DNA from: a virus | Taxonomy: Duplodnaviria > Caudoviricetes | IMG/VR virus record: IMGVR_UViG_2630968332_000001 | Span: 32,001-96,000 of that record | Strand: one strand, 5' to 3' | Length of the DNA stretch: 64,000 nt | Shown: positions 27,251 to 37,345 of the stretch, one piece after another | Position numbering within the stretch: the first letter of the stretch is position 1 | Layout: every line of letters starts with the position of its first letter | Position numbers and translations under genes: made by a program | The notes under the pieces: generated by a model | What the model was told of the DNA's origin: nothing | What the model saw: the letters and a program-made list of their open reading frames with translations, nothing else | Databases searched by the model: none

Positions 27251-27621
27251 TTAATCAACCTCTCAATTCCATATCCCGATACCTTACCTGTTGTTCTGAT
27301 ATTTCTTAACCAGTTTGTAGCAGCGAATAATATATCAATCTCACTAACCTTTTCTTGCGTTAATATACAATGTAGATGGCTTGCATAACCTATTCCAGCG
27401 TTTTCAAATAGTAGTCTTAGTAATAACCTATCTTTCCTAACTTCTAATATGTCGTATGCGTAACCATAATCAATATTAACTCTAGGTTTTGGACTAACAT
27501 AAATATCTGTCTTACTTTCAAGTTTGTGTATTGTGCCAACATACAACCATCTGTCGTCTTGATAAGTTATATTTTTCTTTTCATTTATTTCGACTTTTCT
27601 AATCTTTACACCGAAACTCAT
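27247..27621 (-). CDS. Hypothetical protein
   Basis: SD GAGGTG. Confidence 0.6.
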   Translation of the reverse strand: MSFGVKIRKVEINEKKNITYQDDRWLYVGTIHKLESKTDIYVSPKPRVNIDYGYAYDILEVRKDRLLLRLLFENAGIGYASHLHCILTQEKVSEIDILFAATNWLRNIRTTGKVSGYGIERLIK

Positions 27622-27630
27622 TTAGTCACC

Positions 27631-27891
27631 TCAGTCAAATATATCAAATAACTTAGCTGTGATTGTTCCAATTAAGGCAGATATAATAATAACAATACTG
27701 CATACCAACAGTGTTAATAGCACTTCGACAATCCCAACCTGTATTGCAACGCATACAAGGAGATAAATCGTGACGAACAAACAGATAACCATTAGTCCTA
27801 TCAGCGTATTCAAAACAATGTCCAACAAATTACCCTTCTTTCCAATCCCATCATACTGGTAACAACACTTGTTTCTTATTAATTTCTTCAA
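27631..27891 (-). CDS. Membrane protein
   Basis: Two TMs. Confidence 0.55.
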   Translation of the reverse strand: MKKLIRNKCCYQYDGIGKKGNLLDIVLNTLIGLMVICLFVTIYLLVCVAIQVGIVEVLLTLLVCSIVIIISALIGTITAKLFDIFD

Positions 27892-28390
27892 ATACTACCT
27901 GTCTAGGTAGAATGTCATGTGTGATATATACACTAGAAAACGGTGGGTTTAAAGCAGTCTTCCCACTCGTAAAGTCTTTCATAAATGAAACTCTACGGTT
28001 AAGATACATAATTTCCCAGTCGTTATCTCTAAACATTTCAAAGCGTCTTTGGCTTTCAAATAGTCCCACTACACCTATTAGCATTGCAAATGGTTTACCT
28101 AATTCAAATAATCGTTCTAATACTTCTGTTTTTAGCGAATATGGTGGGTTACTTACGATGTAATCATAGCTATCTCTATTAGGCTCATATTCAAAGAAGT
28201 CATACCCATCTTCGATATGAGTTGCTATCACATCGTACCCCCCCATCTGTAATGATTTAACAAATTGGCTATCTTGTGTATCAAAAGGACACCAAATTGT
28301 TGCACCCTTTTTCAAATATTTTAATATTGGTTTAACAGCATAATATGGAGTATAGAACTCATCATTCTTGCTGCCAGCTACTTTATCCAT
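27851..28390 (-). CDS. Phage N6-adenine methyltransferase
   Basis: NDEFYTP, IWCPFD, DYIVSNPPYS; G7 tract in frame. Confidence 0.8.
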   Translation of the reverse strand: MDKVAGSKNDEFYTPYYAVKPILKYLKKGATIWCPFDTQDSQFVKSLQMGGYDVIATHIEDGYDFFEYEPNRDSYDYIVSNPPYSLKTEVLERLFELGKPFAMLIGVVGLFESQRRFEMFRDNDWEIMYLNRRVSFMKDFTSGKTALNPPFSSVYITHDILPRQVVFEEINKKQVLLPV

Positions 28391-28408
28391 TTTCAGCTTA
28401 CGAACTCT

Positions 28409-29965
28409 CTGCTATATAAAATGTGGAATAATGTAGAACAATATTTATTAGTTCTACATTATTAGAAAGAAATATAGTTTTTCCTTTCCTAGATTTTATT
28501 TACTACCGTCAACAACAGTATTCCCATATCCTAATAAAAGGGTAATGACATTGACTGTCTCTGATAACCTAAGGGTGTAGCCCACCCCGTTGTATTTTTA
28601 TGCTACTAAATTCAATAAATTCATAACCGCATTTTCATCTCTATCCATAATCGAACCACATTCATAACAAATATATTCGTTATGTTTTGTTCCATGCTTA
28701 CGATTACCATTAAGACCAACTTTATCTTCGCCAGTCTTGATATATCCACATTCAGAACATCTTTGTGTGCTTGGATAATATTGGTCTGCTAAGACTATTT
28801 CCTTGCCATACCAGCCAGCTTTATAAACCAATACTTGTCTAAAAGTTCCAAATAATGACCTTTGTAAACCTTTAGAAGCAACGTGTGTCATCTGCATTTT
28901 CTTCACATCTAAATCTTCGATTACGATTTTGTCGTAATCACTTACTAATTTAGTTGTAAATTTATGAATAATATCATGTTGGATATTAGCCACTTTACGA
29001 TAATCACGTTGCAACTTGGCTCTCGTTTTAACGTAATTATTCGACTTAGTTGCTTTCTTTCCATTAACAACACGTTTTCTAGCTAACTGACGTTGGTAAT
29101 GTTTGATACGTTTATAGAGTTTCTTTAGATGATTAGGCAATGTATTAACTTTACCTTCGGTATAGTTAAAATGACCGACATTAATATCTACAGCTGTTTT
29201 CTTACCAGTTTTAGTTTTCTTGGTTATTTCAACTTCAAAAGGTAAACTAGCCCAATATTTACCGTTTTCACGATAAATTGATACAACTTTTAAATCACCA
29301 TCTAAACTCTTAGCGCCTTTAAAACTAATACCATACCAAGTTTTAACCCCACGAGGTTTATCAAGTCTTAACTTGCCATTAATAATCTTGGCTCTGTCAG
29401 TTTTAAAACCTTGTCTAGTAGCTTTCTTAGATTTAAATTTAGGTTTACCCCAGTCTGGCATAGCTTTATTAAAAAAGTTGCTCCATGCTTTACCTAAATC
29501 AGAAATCGCTAACTGTAAGCAACGAGGTGATAATTGATACTGCCAATCCTCTTTATTAGCTACTAACTCATCACGCACCTTGCGTTCGCTAGGTTTTAAC
29601 TTTTTATCATCTAAAATCAACGAACTATCATACATATCATTCCATAAAGCTAAGCCTTGATTCCAACAATATCTACGATAATCACATAAATCATCAAGAA
29701 CTTTCTTCATGGTTTTATTTGGATAAAGTCTTACCTTTTGCGTTCTAATCATATATATCACCACCTTGCTTCACAAAATTGATATAATAAATTTATCTTC
29801 TATATTATACTAACTTTAGAGAAGTAAGTCAAGATATATTCATGAAAAAATGAAGATGTTTTATGTTTTTGAATTCATTGTTTTTAAGCCTATTTCACAT
29901 TTTTACTCTTTCTAGTAGGCTCGTTGTTCTATATAGTTCTACATAATTCTATATTTTTGTTAACA
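28409..29965 (-). mobile_element. Non-autonomous IS607-family element (tnpB only); ends approximate
   Basis: TAGAA subterminal repeats at both ends (~29925-29955 and ~28430-28460); separates an SD and CTG from the MTase frame. Confidence 0.6.
28598..29764 (-). CDS. tnpB: IS607-type TnpB RNA-guided endonuclease
   Basis: MIRTQKVRLYPN, TAVDIN, VIEDLD, CSECG..CYECG, DRDENA; catalytic residues intact. Confidence 0.9.
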   Translation of the reverse strand: MVIYMIRTQKVRLYPNKTMKKVLDDLCDYRRYCWNQGLALWNDMYDSSLILDDKKLKPSERKVRDELVANKEDWQYQLSPRCLQLAISDLGKAWSNFFNKAMPDWGKPKFKSKKATRQGFKTDRAKIINGKLRLDKPRGVKTWYGISFKGAKSLDGDLKVVSIYRENGKYWASLPFEVEITKKTKTGKKTAVDINVGHFNYTEGKVNTLPNHLKKLYKRIKHYQRQLARKRVVNGKKATKSNNYVKTRAKLQRDYRKVANIQHDIIHKFTTKLVSDYDKIVIEDLDVKKMQMTHVASKGLQRSLFGTFRQVLVYKAGWYGKEIVLADQYYPSTQRCSECGYIKTGEDKVGLNGNRKHGTKHNEYICYECGSIMDRDENAVMNLLNLVA

Positions 29966-29985
29966 GTTACCGTCCTCCTTATTGT

Positions 29986-30563
29986 TTAATATATCCAGTC
30001 AATCGTAGGTTTACCTTTATATCCTTTTTCCCATACAAACCAAGCATGACACATAGCTGTTGACTTGTATTTATCAAACTCACCATTCTTAGCTGTGCTG
30101 ATACGTTTTGAATAAACAAATACATGTTTTAATTCATTGTGTTTGTATAATTCTTCGTATCTCTTAGCACCTTCTAAGAATTGGATTTTAAGGAAATAGC
30201 AAACTTTATTCCCTACTGTTACTGTATCTAATGCCTTAGTAACAAATTCTGTGGCTAACTTATATGGAGGGTTAGTAACAATATCACAATTAACTGGTTG
30301 TATTTCTTCTTCTAAAAAATCAAATACTTTATCGAACTTCTTAGCTCCTCTATCTTTAATGTCGGTAGCGGTTACGTTATAGCCAAGCTCAATTAACTTG
30401 TCTGACAACGCACCCCCCCGCAAGCACATTCCCAAACATTTTTATTTAACGAAATCTTGGATAGTAAATCATCTATTGCTCTAGGCGGTGTTGCATAGTA
30501 ATCATCTTCTTGGCGATTAGGGTTATGATTACCTCCAATGCCTCTTACATAAGCGATACCCAT
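29986..30563 (-). pseudogene. N6-adenine methyltransferase frameshifted at a G7 tract
   Basis: ATG 30563 MGIAYV..DDYYATP..WECACGG switches frame at C7 30413-30419; downstream IVTNPPY; 578 nt, one extra G restores the frame. Confidence 0.8.
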
Positions 30564-31288
30564 TATTTCGCCACCGCCTTTTCAATTCTATCTTTGGCAA
30601 TGTTATAGTACTCACTACTCAATTCTATTCCTATAAAATTACGGTTAGTGTTTGCACAAGCAACACCTGTGCTACCAGAACCCATACAGTTATCTAAAAC
30701 TGTATCGCCTTCGTTAGTATAGGTTTTGATAAGGTATTCTAATAATGCAACTGGTTTTTGTGTTGGGTGGAGTTTCTTACCATCATGTTTAAATTCGATA
30801 ATATCCACTGGGTAGCGTCTACCATCTTTACTTTCGCTAGGAGTATAAGGTCTTTGCTTATCGTAATTACTAGATTTACTACGTCCTTGCTTTACTTTAT
30901 ATGGAGTGCTATACCACCATTGTGGGTTGTAAGTAGGTAATTTCTTGTAAAACACTAAGATATTCTCATGCTTTTTAAGTGGCATTTTCTTAGCATTCAA
31001 ATGACCTGTTGCCAAACCCTTTGTCCAAATCCGTTCATATCTGAACATCTTTGGATTACTTTCAATCAACTTTGAACTGAATGGTTGTTGTGAGAATAAT
31101 ACGATTGCACCATTATCCTTGATGATACGGTTGTAATGTTCCCACAACTTGTCCAAATCAATTATCTTATCCCATTTATTTCTTGTAGTGCCATAAGGTA
31201 GGTCGCACAAGATAAGGTCAATCGACATATCTTGTACCCCCCCCAGAAGCTCTAGGCAGTCACCTTTCTTCAAATCAATGCTTACTAT
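30563..31288 (-). CDS. N4/N6 DNA methyltransferase, beta class (probable ATA start 31288; track 31273)
   Basis: KGDCLE, DLPYG, HPTQKPVAL, VLDNCMGSGST; G8 tract in frame. Confidence 0.9.
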   Translation of the reverse strand: MVSIDLKKGDCLELLGGVQDMSIDLILCDLPYGTTRNKWDKIIDLDKLWEHYNRIIKDNGAIVLFSQQPFSSKLIESNPKMFRYERIWTKGLATGHLNAKKMPLKKHENILVFYKKLPTYNPQWWYSTPYKVKQGRSKSSNYDKQRPYTPSESKDGRRYPVDIIEFKHDGKKLHPTQKPVALLEYLIKTYTNEGDTVLDNCMGSGSTGVACANTNRNFIGIELSSEYYNIAKDRIEKAVAK

Positions 31289-31308
31289 CTTCCCTAAATC
31301 CCACCTTA

Positions 31309-31665
31309 TTATTTATTTGTACTATTTTTGGTTACACTGCTATTGTCAAAGAACTTAGCTTTAATCAAGAACATGTAATAATATATCCTACTTGTTAATC
31401 TGCCCCAAAATGTTCTATTCTTACGTCTGAAATACAAACATTGGAATACAATCTCATCTAGGTCATGGTTCTTTAACAATACGTTCATACCATTAATAGC
31501 TTGCTGATTTGTTTTAATGTTTAAATCTTCTTGTTTAGCCAGTGTAGTTAGGCTATAAGCAACTTCGCCTTCTGGCTGTTCTTTTAACCAATCCATTAGT
31601 TTATAGATTGACTTATTATCTTCTGGTGTAATATCTTCATAGTCACCATGAAAGAATGCACGCAA
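31309..31665 (-). CDS. Hypothetical protein
   Basis: ORF in operon. Confidence 0.6.
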   Translation of the reverse strand: MRAFFHGDYEDITPEDNKSIYKLMDWLKEQPEGEVAYSLTTLAKQEDLNIKTNQQAINGMNVLLKNHDLDEIVFQCLYFRRKNRTFWGRLTSRIYYYMFLIKAKFFDNSSVTKNSTNK

Positions 31666-31669
31666 TTAA

Positions 31670-32323
31670 TCACCCCACATACACAATCATCACACCGTCT
31701 TCTGTGGTACTTATTTTAAATAGCCTTTCGTACTCTTCGATATACTTATAGACATAGTTCTTTTTAACCTGTGACTCGTTTGAATGATAATTCAAAATTT
31801 TCGTTTTAACACCTTTGCCAGTAAAGAAGTCTTCATAACCAAAAAGAGTGTATGGAATAATAGCTTTGGCTCTACCGTTTTTATCTATGTTGCGTAGTAT
31901 TTCACGTTCTATTTCATAAAAAATGTGTAAGTATTCCACACTGTACTCATCTTCAGACAATCTAAACATTTTACTTGCAGTAGTCCCAAAGCCATCAGCA
32001 TTTCGCCACGAGATATTAATTTCGTAATCATTGTTTACAAGTCTAAAAATCTCTGGTGTTATAACATCAAAGTCGTTATCATCATTGACTAAGATTTTGA
32101 TAAATCTTTCATAACATTCCAGTCCTTCGCTAAGATTGTGACCGATAGATTTATCAACAAACAGATTTTGCAACTTACAATAAGTAACATCAATTTCTTT
32201 TAACCCAATTTTTGCTGCTGCTTCAATTTGTTTAAGTGCCACATCTAGCAAATTGTCAATAATTATTTCTTTTCTTTTTCTATCTATTCTATTATCAAGA
32301 GTTTTTGTATAAAAAATACTCAT
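31670..32323 (-). CDS. Hypothetical protein (distant member of the next paralog set)
   Basis: IEAAAKIGLKE resembles MAKIGICA; SD GGAGGTG. Confidence 0.65.
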   Translation of the reverse strand: MSIFYTKTLDNRIDRKRKEIIIDNLLDVALKQIEAAAKIGLKEIDVTYCKLQNLFVDKSIGHNLSEGLECYERFIKILVNDDNDFDVITPEIFRLVNNDYEINISWRNADGFGTTASKMFRLSEDEYSVEYLHIFYEIEREILRNIDKNGRAKAIIPYTLFGYEDFFTGKGVKTKILNYHSNESQVKKNYVYKYIEEYERLFKISTTEDGVMIVYVG

Positions 32324-32335
32324 ACCAACACCTCC

Positions 32336-32872
32336 TTATTCGTATTTGAACGTAATCTCATTTCTATCACCATTCAGATAAGCATATATGTGATGAGCCT
32401 CGAGATACTTGAGTGCCTCTGGTGTCGTTAGTATCATGTATTCTGTAATATCTCTTTTTACGATAATGTCATATACATTCTTGCCATGTTCAAGGTTCTT
32501 AGCCTTTTTAATCATTTCATCTATGACCCCTGTTATTTTCTTGGCATTATCACGATTATCTTCTGCAATTTTAATAGCTTTATGTGCTGGTATTAAACCG
32601 AACCAAAACTTTAACTTTTTATTTTCTTCTTCGTATACAGATGGTAAATCTATCCAAGCTGCGTCAAAGCGTACTGTCATTTTTACAGTAGGCTCTATTT
32701 CACCAGCACTAACTCTAACGTCATATCCTAGATGCAACAACATGTTGCAGATGTCATCATAATAAGTCTTTGGAATGATAAAGCTGGTTTCGTAAGCACC
32801 CATATGAGCAGTATCAGTAATCTGGTTACTAATATTATTAATTACCGATAATTCAATGTCTGCTAAACTCAT
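32336..32872 (-). CDS. Paralog family B protein
   Basis: LGYDV, YLEAHHIYA. Confidence 0.7.
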   Translation of the reverse strand: MSLADIELSVINNISNQITDTAHMGAYETSFIIPKTYYDDICNMLLHLGYDVRVSAGEIEPTVKMTVRFDAAWIDLPSVYEEENKKLKFWFGLIPAHKAIKIAEDNRDNAKKITGVIDEMIKKAKNLEHGKNVYDIIVKRDITEYMILTTPEALKYLEAHHIYAYLNGDRNEITFKYE

Positions 32873-33390
32873 ATTTCCACCTCTTTAACTTCAAACACAA
32901 CAGTATTCCCATCATTAATGGTATGAACGTGAATGTCATAGTAGGCTTCAAGCCACCATAATTCTGCCCCACCCATAATGGAACTTACATTATTCAATCT
33001 CTCTTTTAATGCTTCGCCCTTTTTGTGTGCCTCATAGGTTTTGCTAACAATATCTTTAAGCAAATCTGAGGTGTCTAAATTCTTATTCCAACGTCCCCAT
33101 GCTTCGTCAGCTGTGAGCATTTCAATAGCACAATCTAGTTCACAAGCACCATGTGACTTAGTAGGTTTACAAAAATCAATGCTTAATGATTTCGTGTGAC
33201 GTGGGTAGGTATTGTGAAATACCTTGACTTCGTAACCTAGATACTTTAAGATTTCAACAACTTGGTCTACATACTTATCATCTACAGTTGTGTCTAAGTA
33301 ATGTAAACCAATCTCAGAGTTACTATGAATTGCGTCATCAATCTCAGTTAGCAATGTTAAAGGTATATTATCTGTATTAACCTTGCCCAT
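32869..33390 (-). CDS. Paralog family B protein
   Basis: DNIPL, LGYEVK, LDCA, ELWWLE. Confidence 0.7.
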   Translation of the reverse strand: MGKVNTDNIPLTLLTEIDDAIHSNSEIGLHYLDTTVDDKYVDQVVEILKYLGYEVKVFHNTYPRHTKSLSIDFCKPTKSHGACELDCAIEMLTADEAWGRWNKNLDTSDLLKDIVSKTYEAHKKGEALKERLNNVSSIMGGAELWWLEAYYDIHVHTINDGNTVVFEVKEVEI

Positions 33391-33913
33391 CTTCCACTTC
33401 ACCATCTTTCAACTCAAAAATAGCTGTATCGCCGCCATCAACAGCATGTGCATAAATATTGTGATAATGTTCCAAATACCATAATTCAGTTTCATGCAAG
33501 ATATTTGCTACATCATCTACATGTTCTTTTAATGTATATCCTTTTTCCTTCATACGTTTAGTTCTCATAATAACAAGTAGCAAGGATATTCTTTTCTTTT
33601 TATGGGCTTCAGCATAAGCATTTGCGTTCTGGGCTGTATCTATATAAACAGCACAATCCAAGTTGTAATCACCGTTTAAATTTCGTGGTTCATTAAAATC
33701 AATACATAACTTTGTCGTATCTGTATTAGTGTTACTACCAAGATTTTTAACCTCGTAACCCAAAATTTTTAAAGCCTCCACAACCTTAACCAAATATTGA
33801 TTTGGGATATGTACGTCAGCTGCACATATACCGATTTTAGCCATGTTATTGATTGAACTACTTACCTCTGCCAATACCCTTAACGGAATGTTGTCCATGT
33901 TAACCATGCTCAT
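33377..33913 (-). CDS. Paralog family B protein
   Basis: DNIPL, LGYEVK, LDCA, ELWYLE. Confidence 0.7.
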   Translation of the reverse strand: MSMVNMDNIPLRVLAEVSSSINNMAKIGICAADVHIPNQYLVKVVEALKILGYEVKNLGSNTNTDTTKLCIDFNEPRNLNGDYNLDCAVYIDTAQNANAYAEAHKKKRISLLLVIMRTKRMKEKGYTLKEHVDDVANILHETELWYLEHYHNIYAHAVDGGDTAIFELKDGEVEDGQG

Positions 33914-34427
33914 AATAACCATTCTCCCTCAACACTTTTTCTATTTTGTTTAAATGTTTACTTACGATAGCCAATGCGTCACTAAATACTTCCATATAAC
34001 TAATAGGGACAAGTCCATCTAATTCATAAAAGACACTACCATAGGTTTTATCGAGATAAACAGTTTCACCTTTATATTCGATATATATTCTGGTAAGTTT
34101 TTCGGCACGAAACTCGTCACCGTCATCATAATTAAGTTCTGTATCAAACTCATTAAAATCAAAGTCCATAACGAAGATTTCTACTTCGCTACCGTACTTT
34201 TTCTCTACTTCATCAATCATGTCAGTGAGTATATGCTCGATTTTCCAAGACCAATCATACATAGGCCACCCCTCCTTCTTATCAATATAGTTATTCAATT
34301 CTTGTATCAAATTAAGGTACTCATTCAAATCAGACCAAATTGAAACATTATCTAAATCTTGATTATGAAATACTATTTTGTAGTGATTGTCACGAAAATC
34401 ATCTAACAAATCCTTTAAATCTCTCAT
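33900..34427 (-). CDS. Hypothetical acidic protein
   Basis: ORF in operon. Confidence 0.65.
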   Translation of the reverse strand: MRDLKDLLDDFRDNHYKIVFHNQDLDNVSIWSDLNEYLNLIQELNNYIDKKEGWPMYDWSWKIEHILTDMIDEVEKKYGSEVEIFVMDFDFNEFDTELNYDDGDEFRAEKLTRIYIEYKGETVYLDKTYGSVFYELDGLVPISYMEVFSDALAIVSKHLNKIEKVLRENGYYEHG

Positions 34428-34430
34428 GAA

Positions 34431-34907
34431 CTAATCAACCCTCTTAGTCATTTCTTCTAAAGCGTCTTGCCACTTGTATTCCACATCTTCCTTGATAATA
34501 GGGTTGGTTTTCTTCGTCAGACCAACAACCTTAACCCTAAAGTCATGCACACGAGGAACTACAATTTCAACAGGAATACCATATTGCTTAGCAAACATCT
34601 TAAATCTTAATTGTGCTGCTGGGTCAATATTGTATGTTGAGTTAAACCCTGTCTTAACGTCATAAACATGTAGCAAGTTACCATCTTCATCTCTTATCAC
34701 AACATCTGGTGTGTAATTAGCACTTCTCAAACGCAGACCATTGTGTAATTCCACCATAGGTTGGATTGTAAAAGACTCGTGTACGGTAGCATTTAAATCT
34801 CTACCATAAATAAATCGCTCATAAAACTTAGCTTCTTTTTCAGAGTCAAATTTCAGACCATCAAATTCAACTTTCTTACCAAAGTAAGCTGTTCTACCTC
34901 TATTAAT
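34431..34907 (-). CDS. DUF1064-like PD-(D/E)XK nuclease (probable ATT start 34907)
   Basis: KKVEFDGLKFDSEKEA upstream of track start, YTPDV, VYDVKTG, LRFKMF. Confidence 0.75.
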   Translation of the reverse strand: MNRGRTAYFGKKVEFDGLKFDSEKEAKFYERFIYGRDLNATVHESFTIQPMVELHNGLRLRSANYTPDVVIRDEDGNLLHVYDVKTGFNSTYNIDPAAQLRFKMFAKQYGIPVEIVVPRVHDFRVKVVGLTKKTNPIIKEDVEYKWQDALEEMTKRVD

Positions 34908-34945
34908 TCTAGTTTTGCACCTCGCTTATTCGATTTTGTTAAGAG

Positions 34946-35009
34946 TTCGTTTATTCACTGAACTCTTAACTTAACTATTATATTATATCATATATTAATA
35001 TTAAATCAA
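34946..35009 (-). promoter_or_regulatory. Promoter with conserved leader motif and hairpin
   Basis: TTGATT..TGaTATAAT then AGTTAAGAGTTCAGTGAATAAACGAA. Confidence 0.7.
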
Positions 35010-35169
35010 GAATTAAACACAAAAAACCTCGCAGCAAAATACTACGAGGTCAAAAAGGTTTACAGTGTGTTATAATGTATCGTGGCGAAAGTTATAAAGA
35101 CGGTGGCTGACTTATTAGAAAGTGTGGTGTTGCCTATGCAATGCGAAACTAACGAAAGGAAAGCCATTT

Positions 35170-35253
35170 GTGTCTGTCTATCAAGCCTTGATGTTGACGT
35201 TAACATTCGGTATGTTCCTATTGGCATTACTGACATACATCAGCAAAAAGTAA
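35170..35253 (+). CDS. Holin-like type I toxin (BsrE/BsrH-like, 27 aa)
   Basis: MSVYQALMLTLTFGMFLLALLTYISKK; SD GAAAGGA; own promoter and terminator. Confidence 0.85.
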   Translation: MSVYQALMLTLTFGMFLLALLTYISKK

Positions 35254-35481
35254 GCAACTTTGTTGTAACGATAGTAGATACAGTAAAACCGTCCGATTGT
35301 AACTTTGGCGAGTTCGTGGACGGTTGCTGTATGTGACTATCTAAATAACTATGCCACCGTCTTTTAAACGGTCGCTGTGAGTCATGCTTCGGCATGGCTT
35401 TTTCTATTTATAGAATATCACAAAATGCAATAAATTACCATATTTGATATTTCACAACGTTTCACAGCATTCCATTTATTG

Positions 35482-36873
35482 TGATTTATGCTTCGTATGA
35501 AATGTCTTCTGGAGTTTTGTCTAATCGAATTGATTTAATCGTTGGAAATCTAAGAGAGATATTATTATCGTTTTGATTGTTTGTTTCTTCAAAGTATTGG
35601 ACATCTACAACTTTGCCGATAATCTTGTTAGGGTTAGCCCAATATGTGTTACGTTCTTCCAATGTAAAGCCAGAACCTACCTTAACGTCATTGCCTTTAT
35701 AGTCAATAATTACACCGCCTAGTGTGCAGATAGTTCGCCTGTGCCTTCAAATACACCTTTGACTAAGACATCAGCATTGAAAAACTCTTTAACTTTTAAA
35801 ATATCACTTGTGCGTTTGGTTTGATATAAACCGTCTGAAAGATTAATCATTAAGCCTTCCCAGCCTAATGGTTCTACGTATTCTTCTTGTAAGGATAGGA
35901 TAACATTTGGGTGATATGTGTCTTCATAGATATTTTCAACTTCATATAAGTGTCGTGATGGTGGATTTATTTCGCTTTCTGGTGATTTAGTAGATTTGAG
36001 TGGGTAGATAGAATAGAAAGCATTAGATAAATCTTCTTTGCGTTTCCAGAATGGGTCTTTAGATATGCCAGTGATAAATTCTTCGTAAGGTAAACAGTCA
36101 AATGCGTTGAATAAAACTGAACTTTTATCAGCACTATCACTTCTCAAAATACTTGTCGTCAATCTAAACAAGTCCTTAGTTTCTAGCCCATCTGCGTTGT
36201 ATGCAAGCAACTCGCCATCTAACACATAATCTTTTCCACCGAAACCATGTTTCACTAATTCCTCTGCCTCATGTTGTTGAATATCTAAACCATTAACCAC
36301 CAAGCCCTTTCTCGTATAGAATGTAGCCTTACCGTTCTTTACAATACAGATAGACCTATGCCCATCTAACTTTTGTGTAACGATAATTTCGCTACCTTCT
36401 AGCTTATTTAAATACTTGTGATAGGGATAGGCTAACTGGCAGCCAAATTCTTCAATAAACCCCTTGCCTAGCACCTTATTAATTGTTTTGGCTGTAATAC
36501 CAACCTTTAGCTTTTTGGTAAAGACATCTTTTAGGAATTGCCTTGTTTCTTCATCTTCAAACTGATTGATATAGGTTTGCAGAATATATACTGTATCTAA
36601 CTTACCAGTGTTATGTTCTTTAACCCAATCTAACAGGCTCTCATAGTTGTATTTAAACCCTGTATTCAGCACCATAAATTCATTGTCTTTGATGTTGGCA
36701 TTAATCTTCTTGGTTGAAATACCAGTGGTGATAAAGTCGTCATAGACAAACTTCAATGTCTTGGTAAACAACTGATTATCCTTGTATTTGTTGATAATAT
36801 CTTCTTTGGCTTTCTTAGAAGATACAGATTTGATTTCTTTGAAAATGTCCTTTAATTCAATGATATTATTCAT
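35482..36873 (-). pseudogene. ATP-dependent DNA ligase with a 1-nt frameshift near 35725
   Basis: QKLDGHR, VLDGEL, EGLM, ILKVK; OB domain (GGVIIDYKG..VGSGF..SLRFP) continues in another frame after TAG at 35719. Confidence 0.85.
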
Positions 36874-37345
36874 TCACGCTTACCCCGCTGCCTTCAAGAT
36901 TTTCTAGTTTGTCTTTGACTTGATTAAATCTATCATCATCTTTGCCTTGTTCTTCTAAAATCTTAGCAAACAAACCAGATGTTTCACTTTTAGTCTTTAC
37001 CAAATATTCTTTTAGTGTTAAGACTTCACATTCATCATTACTGATAACCTCATCAATTTGGTATAACATACCATCATAGATGTACTCGAACTCTACTAAG
37101 CATAATCTGTCTTCACCCAGCATGTTGCCTACATCATTGCAATGCAATACCAAGTTGTTTGTATTCATAATCTCACGTAGTAATTCTTGCCAGTTTCTCA
37201 ATGCTGTTTCACAACTACTAATCTTTTCATCATTGTTTGGGTCGGCCGCTAGTATTGTAGTTAATACATCAACATCACGACAAGTTTTTGATAATTCGAT
37301 ATTTTTAATTGACATTACACGTTTAACTTTCACTTTACACACCAT
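36866..37345 (-). CDS. Hypothetical protein
   Basis: Coupled ORF. Confidence 0.6.
   Translation of the reverse strand: MVCKVKVKRVMSIKNIELSKTCRDVDVLTTILAADPNNDEKISSCETALRNWQELLREIMNTNNLVLHCNDVGNMLGEDRLCLVEFEYIYDGMLYQIDEVISNDECEVLTLKEYLVKTKSETSGLFAKILEEQGKDDDRFNQVKDKLENLEGSGVSVNE

Noticed and set aside
28409-29965. IStron (group I intron-IS607 chimera) restoring the MTase
   Set aside because: Only ~200 AT-rich nt lie between the left end and tnpB, with no group I core visible.
35082-35336. 84-aa ORF in the track
   Set aside because: Overlaps the much better supported 27-aa toxin frame and lacks an SD.
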